Shown here in pieces: positions 1 to 8,600 of a stretch of DNA of 52,869 nucleotides. The notes beneath the pieces were generated by a model that worked only from the letters and a program-made list of their open reading frames with translations, was not told where the DNA came from and did not search any database. The stretch's first letter is position 1, and each line of letters starts with the position of its first letter. The translations under genes were made by a program, and so were the position numbers. The stretch is from a bacterium (lineage in GTDB: Bacteria > Patescibacteriota > Minisyncoccia > CAIUEV01), in the NCBI GenBank assembly GCA_021779255.1, contig JAJYBC010000001.1:1-52869 (forward strand). The letters are read 5' to 3'.

Positions 1-328
1 AACCACGGCTTATCTTTCTGAATTCATAGATTAAATCATCTAATTCAGCTTCAGAAATGACTAAACCGTAGTGTTTGTTGAATGTCTTTGAAAGAATCGT
101 AGCAAAGTTATGCTGACATAAATTAATATTATGATCAGCGTAAAAGGCTTTTAGCTCATTATCATAGTACGATTGTATCAAAGAAGCTTCTGTTTTGTTG
201 ATCTTTTTTACTAGTAAAAAAGGAAGAATAATTTTTTCAAATCCGTTATTCTTTCCTTCTTTTTCTTGGCTGAAATCAACATCAAGCAACGTTTGGTAGA
301 GATCAAAAAATATGGCTTGAGTAGGCAT
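1..328 (-). CDS. HAD-superfamily hydrolase (partial, runs off the window start)
   Basis: Not in the ORF track. ATG at 328 on the minus strand reads MPTQAIFFDLYQTLLDVDFSQEKEGK..., with HAD motif I (hhhDxxxTL); open to position 1. Confidence 0.75.
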   Translation of the reverse strand, partial: MPTQAIFFDLYQTLLDVDFSQEKEGKNNGFEKIILPFLLVKKINKTEASLIQSYYDNELKAFYADHNINLCQHNFATILSKTFNKHYGLVISEAELDDLIYEFRKISRG

Positions 329-422
329 GTAATTCAGTTTATCGGTCTAACGGGTCGCTTATATGGATTAGAATATCATAGAACTGTTTTTGGGTCAAAA
401 AAGTCTTTGTAGATTGATTAAC

Positions 423-451
423 TTGACACCTTAGTATCGTTTAGCTACATT
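423..451 (+). promoter_or_regulatory. sigma70-type promoter of the four-gene operon
   Basis: TTGACA (423-428), 17-bp spacer, TACATT (446-451). Confidence 0.6.
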
Positions 452-454
452 AGC

Positions 455-553
455 AAGAAATATTATTAAGAAATATTATTAAGAAATATTATTAAGAAAT
501 ATTATTAAGAAATATTATTAAGAAATATTATTAAGAAATATTATTAAGAAATA
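455..553. repeat. 13-bp tandem repeat (AAGAAATATTATT), 7 units plus 8 bp
   Basis: Seven perfect consecutive units from 455, then the partial AAGAAATA. Confidence 0.97.
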
Positions 554-629
554 ACTTACTGTTATTAGCGCATATAATCACTGTGATTTACCAGAAAAGC
601 AAAACCCCTTACCGATAAAACAGCGTAGT

Positions 630-1634
630 TTGTTACACAAAAAGCTGGATATTCCTAATTGTATTGAAAAAAGAATTAGCATCTCAAAAGCTGAAGGAGG
701 ACAAATAATTATTTTATTACGTACAGACAGTGCTCATCTTGCGAAATTTTTTACAATGAATTGGCTAGCTGATAATTCGTCAGTAAAACCAAATGCAATA
801 ATTATTGCTTTAAAGGGAAGCGCTAAGCTGTATGGCCTTAGTCAAGATCTTGACGGATTTCGTTGGTTTTGCCCAAAGACAAATCAAGTTTGGATGTTTG
901 ATAACGAATTCTATGGAAATATTAAGATAACTGTTCGTGGGTTATGCTCAGAAATTGTCCCCGCGGAAGAGACTTTTTTGCATGGCTGCTCAATGTCAAT
1001 AGATGGTCACGGACTAGTTCTTTCTGGATCGTCGGGTGCCGGCAAAACAACTTTGACCACTGTTTTTCGGCGTTTGCTTGGATCGAGATTAAAAATCATC
1101 AATGATGATTGGGGACCTTGTTCGTTGGTAAGCGGGCAACTGAAATTTACGGGTGAGCCACATTTACATATGAAATATCCAAGTGTTCATGCATTAGCAC
1201 CTAAAATTAATCTTAATCCATCTTTTTATCCTAGCGAGAATTTTCATGGTGATGTAAAAGATCCTAGGGCACGTTTACTAATTGATCCAAGGAAAGTCTT
1301 TGGCCAAAAAGACTTTATAAATGAAGCTAAATTACAATTATTTGTTATGGTTACACGTGATCCGTCTAAGCCAATAGGGATAAAATTTCTTTCGACGCGT
1401 GACCTATTTTTATTTGAGCAAGGCCAATATTCTGATTTTTACGAAAGAACAGAAAGATTTCTCAATGGCTCTCTTTTTTTTGTTAACAATAATCAAGAAA
1501 AAAGAGAAAGTAATCGATGTCGAATGCTTTTAAAAAAATTTCCTTGTATTAGTATTAATAACGTAGGAAATCCTGAAAAAACTGCGAAGCTTATACTCAC
1601 AGAGTTTGAAAAAATTATACTTTCTAAAAGATAA
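630..1634 (+). CDS. HPr-kinase/PEP-carboxykinase-like P-loop kinase
   Basis: LHGCSMSIDGHGLVLSGSSGAGKTT (His plus Walker A) followed by IINDDW, the HprK/PCK signature. Start (TTG) uncertain. Confidence 0.65.
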   Translation: MLHKKLDIPNCIEKRISISKAEGGQIIILLRTDSAHLAKFFTMNWLADNSSVKPNAIIIALKGSAKLYGLSQDLDGFRWFCPKTNQVWMFDNEFYGNIKITVRGLCSEIVPAEETFLHGCSMSIDGHGLVLSGSSGAGKTTLTTVFRRLLGSRLKIINDDWGPCSLVSGQLKFTGEPHLHMKYPSVHALAPKINLNPSFYPSENFHGDVKDPRARLLIDPRKVFGQKDFINEAKLQLFVMVTRDPSKPIGIKFLSTRDLFLFEQGQYSDFYERTERFLNGSLFFVNNNQEKRESNRCRMLLKKFPCISINNVGNPEKTAKLILTEFEKIILSKR

Positions 1635-1637
1635 ATT

Positions 1638-2810
1638 ATGTCTACAATTTGTGTTATCAAAAGTAGAAAATATCCTATAGAAGAAGAAGACATTGTTGAT
1701 GGGGGAACGCTTAATGCTCAAATTATAGTAAAAGAACTTATAAAAAAAGGTTTTAATATTGAGGTCTTTACGCGTTACGAAGGTAATGGCCGAAAGATGT
1801 TTAATAAACCAGGAATTCGTATATTTCGAGTTCCTTTTATACGTTCCAAAAAACGAAATGTATTGCAACGTGATTACGAAGAGGGGTGTTCTTTTATAAA
1901 AAGCGTAGTTTCCCATAGTGAGTTTCAACCAGAAAAATATATCTGTATTCACACTCATCATTGGACATCGGGCGTTGGTCTTGAGTCCTTTATTCCTAAG
2001 CAATTAAAACTTATTCATACACCGCATTTATTGGCCATAGAAAAAGCGTACTATAATAAACTTTCATTTTCCTCTTGCATTAAAGCTTGCGAACAAGCGC
2101 TTATCAACAGAGCTAATCATGTCATTGCCCTATCTAAAAGCGAGAAAGAAGCCTTAATCGTTAAGTATGGGTGTAATAAAGAAAAAATAATATTAGCTCC
2201 CAATGGAGTTGATTCTGTTTTTTTTAAAATTCCTTTACCAAAAAAAGAAAATATTAATACGTTACCACTTCTTTTTATTGGACGGCGTTGTCGTCAAAAA
2301 GGGAGTGATATTTTGCTAGAAGCTGTTAAACAAATTTCAAAAAAAGACATTCCAATTTCACTTCGTTTGGTAGGTGGTTCATATGGAGAAGCTAATTTTG
2401 ATAAATTAATTGAGTCGCGAATTCAAAAATTACTGTCCTCTTGTGTTATAAAACAGTTCGAAGAAGTCTCGCATAATCTTATTCCATCTCTAATAAAAGA
2501 TAGTCTTATATATGTTCAACCTTCTCGTTATGAAAGTCAAGGCGTTGCCATTTTGGAGGCAATGGCTGCCGGACGGATTGTTATTGCTTCTAACCTTCCT
2601 GCAATTAGCGAGTACATTTGTCACGGTAAAAATGGTTTTTTAGTTGATTCTGAAAACTCGAACGCTCTTGCAAAAAGTATAATGGAATTACTTATTAATC
2701 CTGAAAAATCAATTTTATTAGCACGTGCCGCTCGAGAAACGGCAAAAAATTATACATGGTCTCATATGTTGAAAAGCATATTACCGCTTTTCGAAAGTAA
2801 TCAAATTTAA
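1638..2810 (+). CDS. GT4 glycosyltransferase, MshA/sucrose-phosphate-synthase-like
   Basis: DGGTLN..EVFTR, HTHHWTSG and HTPHLL resemble MshA motifs; C-terminal PSRYESQGVAILEAMAAG. Confidence 0.85.
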   Translation: MSTICVIKSRKYPIEEEDIVDGGTLNAQIIVKELIKKGFNIEVFTRYEGNGRKMFNKPGIRIFRVPFIRSKKRNVLQRDYEEGCSFIKSVVSHSEFQPEKYICIHTHHWTSGVGLESFIPKQLKLIHTPHLLAIEKAYYNKLSFSSCIKACEQALINRANHVIALSKSEKEALIVKYGCNKEKIILAPNGVDSVFFKIPLPKKENINTLPLLFIGRRCRQKGSDILLEAVKQISKKDIPISLRLVGGSYGEANFDKLIESRIQKLLSSCVIKQFEEVSHNLIPSLIKDSLIYVQPSRYESQGVAILEAMAAGRIVIASNLPAISEYICHGKNGFLVDSENSNALAKSIMELLINPEKSILLARAARETAKNYTWSHMLKSILPLFESNQI

Positions 2811-2818
2811 TTATAAAT

Positions 2819-3988
2819 ATGAATTCAACTATAATTTTAGCACCACAGGAAACTCACGATCAATCTCGTCAACAAATTATGAAGGATCGCGCTATCAGAA
2901 CCGCCAATATTTTAAAAAAACAGGCTGGAATTGTTGGTATTTTACTCTCTGGTAGTGTGGTAAGAGGTCCGGTTAGTGAATCTAGTGATCTTGATTTGCA
3001 TGTTATTGTTTCCAATAAATTTAGTGGTGTTTTACCTGAATGGACTTTTCATAAAGAAGGGATTATTGAGAATTTACATACAATACGAGAAGATGAACTT
3101 TTTAATGGGTGGTGCGTTCGTAAAAACGAAAATCTTCTGGCCTTTTGGTTTTATAGAACAAAATTTGGTGATCAACTTAATTGTTTTGTGCCTTTGTGGT
3201 GGAGCTCAAATACAAAATGGCAGGAAAGGTTACTTGTTTTGTTAGCGTTTCGACAGAATTTGAATATTGAAAAAAAGATAGCTCAATATTATATAAAATC
3301 AGCTCGCTTATCTTTGGATCAAGCGCAAAAGGCATGTATTAGTGGTGCTTATTACGATAGTCATCATAATCTAAGAATGGCTTTCCAATCAACATTAACA
3401 GCCGCGATGATTAATCGAAACTGGATTATTCGTGGATCAAAAAAAAGAATAGAAATAGCCCAAGCTTTTCTACCTGATTCGAAAATCAAATTCTTACTAG
3501 ATGCTGGTCTGGATATTATTGATTTAAAAAATATAACTTTTAACCAGGCTAAAAACTTATGTAAGAAACGCCTTCGATATAGAAGAACATTCATTGATGA
3601 GTTGTATAGGCTAAAAGAGCAACATAAATCTAATGAAACTGTTAATAATAAATTAAAATTGGTTATTAAGAATCAAGAAAAACATGATTCGATGGCTTAT
3701 GACTATTATGAGTCGCTTTTAGCTAATAATATAATCTTTGGTCCGATTAATCACATTAGATGTTTTTCGGGATTATCTCAAATTCCGCAAACAATTATCT
3801 CGTGTTTTTATCATAAGAATAGTCGCTGGCCAATGAATAAATTTATAAATTCAAGTTTATTCTCAAAATCGGTACGGAATGATTGGCTTGAAATAATGAG
3901 TTTGACGTCGTCAAATAAACGTTGCGTTCAATTATCTTTGCGATTGATTAAATCTATAGATAGCTGTTGGTTAACAAATAATATTTGA
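2819..3988 (+). CDS. Pol-beta-superfamily nucleotidyltransferase domain protein with helical C-terminus
   Basis: GSVVRGPVSESSDLD matches GS-x10-DxD near the N-terminus. Confidence 0.65.
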   Translation: MNSTIILAPQETHDQSRQQIMKDRAIRTANILKKQAGIVGILLSGSVVRGPVSESSDLDLHVIVSNKFSGVLPEWTFHKEGIIENLHTIREDELFNGWCVRKNENLLAFWFYRTKFGDQLNCFVPLWWSSNTKWQERLLVLLAFRQNLNIEKKIAQYYIKSARLSLDQAQKACISGAYYDSHHNLRMAFQSTLTAAMINRNWIIRGSKKRIEIAQAFLPDSKIKFLLDAGLDIIDLKNITFNQAKNLCKKRLRYRRTFIDELYRLKEQHKSNETVNNKLKLVIKNQEKHDSMAYDYYESLLANNIIFGPINHIRCFSGLSQIPQTIISCFYHKNSRWPMNKFINSSLFSKSVRNDWLEIMSLTSSNKRCVQLSLRLIKSIDSCWLTNNI

Positions 3989-5025
3989 TTGGAAATTTTA
4001 TGAAAAATGTAAAAAGGGTAAAGATTAAACTTCCTATTCCTGGTAAGACACCATTGACCAAGTGTAATGGTCTTTTTGGTATTCAAAATTTATTTATGAA
4101 AGATGAAACAAAAAATCCTAATCATACTTTTAAAGACAGATTAGCTTATGAGGCTGTGAAACCTATTATGGAAGCAATAAATTTAAATAAAAAATTTACA
4201 AAAACCACTTTTGGTTCCATCTCGTATGGCAATACAGCTTATAGTTTAGGGTACTACACTTCGGTGCTTAATAAACTAGCCAAAGAAAAAATTGTTAATA
4301 TGGTCTCTTTTGTTCCTCCATTCTTAAAAAATAAAACTTTTGGTCCAAACACTGATGGTCAATTTGTGTTTCCAAAAACTTATTTTAGAAAAATGTTTCA
4401 TAATTTTGATAGTGCTGATTTTATAGAGATAGATTTAACAAAAAAAATCTATAATTCTAATGATTTAGAAAATATTGCTAGGGCGAGATGCCTCGTCGAG
4501 GATAAATTTATTGATGTGACAGAGGGATTAGATCGACCTGCGTATGTAAATATAATTATAGAAGCTATAGAGCAACAATTAAAATCTGCCCCTGACTATA
4601 TAATAGTTCCTTTTGGCGCCGGTATTTTGTGTGATGAAGTGATTGATTATATAAAAGATAACAATCTATCGTCAAAAGTTATACCTGTTAGTTCTGGCGA
4701 CCCAAAGACAATAGCAGTGATGTTATATGGTCCTATTTGGGTCGATACAAAAGTGTTGCTAGAGGAGGGAAGTGCTTTAACGAGACATAAAATTCCTGAT
4801 AAGAAAGTTCGATTTAGAGAACAATATAGAGTTTATCATGTTGATGATAGTGAAATAAAAAATGCAATGGAAATTTTAAATAAAGCAAGAATCAGCGCCG
4901 AAGCAAGTGGGGCATCTGGATTTGCAATTTTATCTAGACTAAAAAAAATAGATCCTAAATTCGATTCAAAAAAACATTCAGTTTTGGTAATCAATACCGG
5001 TAATGGTCTTTCAAATTTTTCCTAA
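3985..5025 (+). CDS. PLP-dependent fold-type II enzyme, threonine/cysteate-synthase-like
   Basis: KDETKNPNHTFKDR (PLP lysine), SYGNTA, VPFGAG, EASGA, VINTGNG. Alternative ATG at 4000. Confidence 0.8.
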   Translation: MIGNFMKNVKRVKIKLPIPGKTPLTKCNGLFGIQNLFMKDETKNPNHTFKDRLAYEAVKPIMEAINLNKKFTKTTFGSISYGNTAYSLGYYTSVLNKLAKEKIVNMVSFVPPFLKNKTFGPNTDGQFVFPKTYFRKMFHNFDSADFIEIDLTKKIYNSNDLENIARARCLVEDKFIDVTEGLDRPAYVNIIIEAIEQQLKSAPDYIIVPFGAGILCDEVIDYIKDNNLSSKVIPVSSGDPKTIAVMLYGPIWVDTKVLLEEGSALTRHKIPDKKVRFREQYRVYHVDDSEIKNAMEILNKARISAEASGASGFAILSRLKKIDPKFDSKKHSVLVINTGNGLSNFS

Positions 5026-5064
5026 TTGTTAAAATTAGAAATTAATCTCAAGTTAGAACCAAAT

Positions 5065-5088
5065 AAAAGGCTTGTTAAAGCCTTTTTT
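5065..5088. terminator. bidirectional intrinsic terminator
   Basis: AAAAGGCTT-GTTA-AAGCCTTTTTT between the convergent operon and tRNA-Gln. Confidence 0.65.
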
Positions 5089-5106
5089 GGGTCGTATTTT
5101 CATCAG

Positions 5107-5178
5107 CTGGGGTGGTAGGATTCGAACCCACGATTTTCTCGTTCAGAGCGAGATGCCTTACCACTTGGCCACACCCCA
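5107..5178 (-). tRNA. tRNA-Gln(CTG)
   Basis: Cloverleaf TGGGGTG...CACCCCAG; anticodon arm TCTCG-CT CTG AA-CGAGA; GTTCGAATC T-loop. Confidence 0.93.
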
Positions 5179-5206
5179 AAAATAAAATTTTCAACCTGAA
5201 AAAAAC

Positions 5207-5231
5207 GGGCGGGCACAAGGCCCGCCCCTAC
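5207..5231 (-). repeat. GTAG-type REP palindrome
   Basis: Minus strand reads GTAGGGGCGGGCCTTGTGCCCGCCC: GTAG tag plus GC-rich hairpin. Confidence 0.75.
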
Positions 5232-5283
5232 ATTACGATTTTTTTATGAAAAAATCAAAAAATAGGAATACGCATAGAAAGGA

Positions 5284-5366
5284 GATGTCGAAATAAATTC
5301 GGCATGACAATTGGATAAATACAAATACAGAAACCTAGATTGCCCGGTCGTGGCCGGTCAATGACA
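5284..5366 (-). repeat. two (C/T)GTC-tagged palindromic repeats
   Basis: TGTCATGCCGAATTTATTTCGACATC (5284-5309) and TGTCATTGACCGGCCACGACCGGGCAATC (5338-5366). Confidence 0.6.
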
Positions 5367-5390
5367 ATGTTATGGGGGTGCTCCTATAAA

Positions 5391-5765
5391 TTATACGTCT
5401 TCCTTGCGCATAAAACCAGATTTTTTGAGAGTAACTTTGAATTCCGGTTCGTAGCGATTATTGTTTTCGTCGACAATTTTGACGTTTTGACCTTTCATAA
5501 TAGTGGCCATAGCGATGTCGTTGATGAGCTGTTGATCGGCATTGATATCGTCGCGCAGACTTTCTAGTTTATCATAAGCTTCACCCATATCAACTTGCAC
5601 GTCGTTTTCAATTTGTTGTTTTTTAGTGCGCATTGTCTTGATTTCTTCAATTAGATTTTTGTAACGCTTGTCGTTGTCTAGCCCGTCTTTGTACATAGCG
5701 CGCAAATCTTTGAGCTTTTTTTTCTTCTCTTGCATGCGGTCAAAAACCGCTTGGATGTTTTGCAT
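5391..5765 (-). CDS. hypothetical coiled-coil protein
   Basis: 124-aa ORF, charged and helical, ATG start. Confidence 0.7.
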   Translation of the reverse strand: MQNIQAVFDRMQEKKKKLKDLRAMYKDGLDNDKRYKNLIEEIKTMRTKKQQIENDVQVDMGEAYDKLESLRDDINADQQLINDIAMATIMKGQNVKIVDENNNRYEPEFKVTLKKSGFMRKEDV

Positions 5766-5854
5766 GATCGATTTTTAAAATTTATTTTTTAGCACCTTTC
5801 GATTATAAAGAAGCTTTTTATTTTTCAAAAGTTTAGAAGGATGATATGGTGAAA

Positions 5855-5953
5855 GGGCAGGTCGCGACCTGCCCGTACAAGGCCTGCCCGTACAAGCCTT
5901 GCCCGTACTAAATCATTCCCGCCAAGGCCTGCCCGTACAAGATCTGCCCGTAC
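5855..5953. repeat. GTAC-tagged REP with amplified arm
   Basis: GGGCAGGTCGCGACCTGCCCGTAC followed by four more copies of TGCCCGTAC. Confidence 0.85.
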
Positions 5954-5982
5954 GTACTGATAAAAAATTAAAAATTCTATTT

Positions 5983-6555
5983 ATGAGTAAAATCTTCTTA
6001 CAATCTTTCTTGAAAAATCCGCGGCAAACTGGGTCGATTGTCCCCAGTTCGGTTTTTTTGGTTAAAAAATTAACCGATCCGGTAGATTATGAAAAATCTA
6101 AAATTTTGGTGGAGTTTGGAGCAGGGAACGGAGTGGTAACCAAAACGATTTTGCGTAAAATGCGTGATGACGCGATCTTGGTTTGCATAGAGATAGAGGA
6201 AAAACTTTGTCGAGAAATCAAAAAAAAGATTAAAGATCCGCGTTTGAAGTTGATCTGTGGTGGGGCAGGGGATTTGGGTGATTTTTTGCGGGAACTAAAA
6301 ATTGAGCAGGTGGATTACATCATTTCAGAACTACCGTTGGTTAGTTTGCCAGCTGAAATGGTGGAAAATATCTTAATTTCGGCTAAAAAATATCTAAAGC
6401 CGGACGGTAAATACATTCAAATGCAATATTCGCTACTAGGGCTCAAGAAATTAAAAAGACATTTTTCGGAGGTAAAAATTAGCTTTACGCCACTAAATAT
6501 TCCACCCAGTTTTGTATATATTTGTTCTTTATCACTCTCCCTTGACGAGTGCTAA
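5983..6555 (+). CDS. class I SAM-dependent methyltransferase (PmtA-like phospholipid N-methyltransferase family)
   Basis: TGSIVPSS, VEFGAGNG (SAM motif I), ISELP, NIPP. The ORF-track extension from 5899 is repeat-derived; ATG at 5983. Confidence 0.8.
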   Translation: MSKIFLQSFLKNPRQTGSIVPSSVFLVKKLTDPVDYEKSKILVEFGAGNGVVTKTILRKMRDDAILVCIEIEEKLCREIKKKIKDPRLKLICGGAGDLGDFLRELKIEQVDYIISELPLVSLPAEMVENILISAKKYLKPDGKYIQMQYSLLGLKKLKRHFSEVKISFTPLNIPPSFVYICSLSLSLDEC

Positions 6556-6569
6556 ATTTATGATAAGAT
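6529..6569 (+). promoter_or_regulatory. CIRCE (HrcA operator) overlapping the groES promoter
   Basis: TTATCACTC-N9-GAGTGCTAA (6529-6555, one mismatch to consensus); TTGACG at 6542 and extended -10 TGaTAAGAT at 6561-6569. Confidence 0.85.
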
Positions 6570-6679
6570 GAAATTGGCTAGAGTGTATTTCTAATACGCT
6601 CGCGATGTTCGCGTGATCTAGGCGAACAATTATTCGCTCGTGCGAGGTGTTAATAATTTAATATTTAAATCAAAAAGCT

Positions 6680-6955
6680 ATGGCAACGTTGATCAAACCC
6701 TTGGGAGACAATGTTCTGATCAAGGTCACGAAATTAGAGAAGAAAACTAAAAGTGGTATTGTTTTGCCGGAAACGGCCGAAGACGAAAAACCGCAAATGG
6801 GCGAAGTTATGGCTGTCGGTAATGACGAAAAGAAAATTCAAGTTAAGACTGGCGATAAGATTATTTTTGCCAAATATGCCGGCACCGAAGTTAAAATGGA
6901 TGATGAAGAATATTTAATTTTAAAATCGGAAGACATTTTGGCAATAGTAATGTAA
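6680..6955 (+). CDS. groES: co-chaperonin GroES
   Basis: [42 protein letters not shown]. Confidence 0.97.
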   Translation: MATLIKPLGDNVLIKVTKLEKKTKSGIVLPETAEDEKPQMGEVMAVGNDEKKIQVKTGDKIIFAKYAGTEVKMDDEEYLILKSEDILAIVM

Positions 6956-6958
6956 GAA

Positions 6959-7043
6959 GGGACAGGTCGCGACCTGTCCGTACCGACCTGTCCGTACCGA
7001 CCTGTCCGTACCGACCTGTCCGTACCGACCTGTCCGTACCGAC
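6959..7043. repeat. REP palindrome plus 14-bp tandem repeat (CGACCTGTCCGTAC) x5
   Basis: GGGACAGGTCGCGACCTGTCCGTAC, then perfect tandem copies spanning 6970-7043. Confidence 0.95.
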
Positions 7044-7052
7044 TCGGTAATG

Positions 7053-8600
7053 TTATTCCACGATAATTTCCCCTGACAATTTATTGATTTTTTTGATTTT
7101 AATCAATAAAGCCAAAAAAGCTCCAGTAAAAAGGAAAAGAGAAGAAATGGCAAAAACAGTGTCATAAGCGGAAATCTGGGCTTTTAAGATAACTAACGAA
7201 ATAAATGTCGGGAGGTAGTTTGTCATTGGCTTTAAACCAATAGCGACTGAATTGATAGCGCTATGACTGGCGATGGTGAGAACGTTGGAATTGGTGGCGT
7301 CGCTCAAAATAGTACTAAAAATAGCGATGCCAAAAGCTCCCGCAATGTTTCTGGCTAAGGCGAGAATAGACGAAGCGATGCCAATTTCATTGACGGGAAC
7401 GATAGAAGCGATAATATTGGTTCTTTGCGCCATACCGAGACCCATACCAAAGGCCATAATGGAAAGGGGAATGATTATACCCAAGGCTCCCGACCGAGGG
7501 TCAAGATAAGAAAAAAGGTAAAGGCCGATTCCGGCGATGAAAGTGCTGATAGCAATAATAAAGCGAGGCTGTATTTTTTCTCCTAAAAAAACTCCCAAGG
7601 GGGAAGAAGCTACCATAATAAAGGCCATAGGGATAAATAAATAACCGGTTTGGGTGGCATCGTAGCCTAAAAAAGTTTGAGCGAAGATCGGAATCAAAAA
7701 AATACCTCCCATCATGCCCATAAAAATTAGAAAATTATTGATGAGAGTATGAATAAAAGCGCCAATTTTGAAAAATTTGAAATCGACGAGTGGCTCGGGA
7801 TGTTTTTTTTCAATCCGGATAAAAACAGCGAGAAAAATTAAGACGGAAAGATAGCAAGAAAAACTGTTGAGCGAGGTCCAGCCCCATTCCAATCCTTTGT
7901 CAAGAACCAAAACTAAAGCGGAAAGAGCGATGCCTAAAGTGCCGGCGCCCCAAAAATCAAATTTGACTGTTTTCTTTTCCGAAACGGATTCCCGAATAAA
8001 AGACATGGCCATCAAAATACCGATAATTCCGATAGGTAAGTTAATTAAAAAGACTGATCGCCAGCTAAAATTATCAATTAACGGACCTCCAATTAACGGT
8101 CCAAAGACAGCCGCGGCCGCGAAAGAGGCCGACCAAATTCCAAGAGCCTGAGCTCTTTCTTTGCCTTCGCGAAAGGTAACGGCAATGATGGCCATAGCGG
8201 TTGGATAATCGGCTGAACTGGCGATGGCTTGAATAATACGAAAAACAATCATAGAACTTAAATCCCACGCAAGTCCGGCTAGAACTGAACCGAAAATAAA
8301 AATAGAAAAACCCAAGATATAAACTTTTTTTCGGCCAATAGTGTCGCCTAATTTTCCCCAGATGGGGACGAAAATAGCGTTGGCTAAAATGTAAGCGGTA
8401 GCGATCCAGCCGGCTGCCGAAACGGTAATATTAAAATCGCCAATGATTTTTGGTAAAGCCAAATTGACGATAGTTTGATCGAGCCGTCCCAAAAAAGTAC
8501 CGATAATAACCGTAAGGAGCACCAACCAGCGCAAGTTATCGGGATTATTTTTGATTGATCTTATTTTTTTAATCATAGAAGCTAATCTTTGAAAATCCAA
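7053..8600 (-). CDS. DHA2 (EmrB/QacA) MFS efflux transporter
   Basis: LDQTIVNLALP, GKLGDTIGRKK, GPLIGG, WRSVFLINLPIG; about 14 hydrophobic segments. True start may be slightly internal. Confidence 0.92.
   Translation of the reverse strand: MDFQRLASMIKKIRSIKNNPDNLRWLVLLTVIIGTFLGRLDQTIVNLALPKIIGDFNITVSAAGWIATAYILANAIFVPIWGKLGDTIGRKKVYILGFSIFIFGSVLAGLAWDLSSMIVFRIIQAIASSADYPTAMAIIAVTFREGKERAQALGIWSASFAAAAVFGPLIGGPLIDNFSWRSVFLINLPIGIIGILMAMSFIRESVSEKKTVKFDFWGAGTLGIALSALVLVLDKGLEWGWTSLNSFSCYLSVLIFLAVFIRIEKKHPEPLVDFKFFKIGAFIHTLINNFLIFMGMMGGIFLIPIFAQTFLGYDATQTGYLFIPMAFIMVASSPLGVFLGEKIQPRFIIAISTFIAGIGLYLFSYLDPRSGALGIIIPLSIMAFGMGLGMAQRTNIIASIVPVNEIGIASSILALARNIAGAFGIAIFSTILSDATNSNVLTIASHSAINSVAIGLKPMTNYLPTFISLVILKAQISAYDTVFAISSLFLFTGAFLALLIKIKKINKLSGEIIVE

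Noticed and set aside
345..365. GTTAGAC (GTTRRRY) shortly upstream of the HAD ATG, resembling an integron cassette boundary
   Set aside because: No matching RYYYAAC arm forming an attC hairpin and no integrase in the window; a 7-mer match alone is weak.
455..553. Possible CRISPR array
   Set aside because: The units are contiguous 13-mers with no spacers and there are no cas genes.
5899..5982. N-terminal extension of the methyltransferase in the ORF track
   Set aside because: It is a translation of the REP array; the family-like sequence starts at ATG 5983.
6970..7043. Possible CRISPR or iteron array
   Set aside because: Spacer-less 14-bp tandem copies derived from a REP arm; no rep or cas gene nearby.
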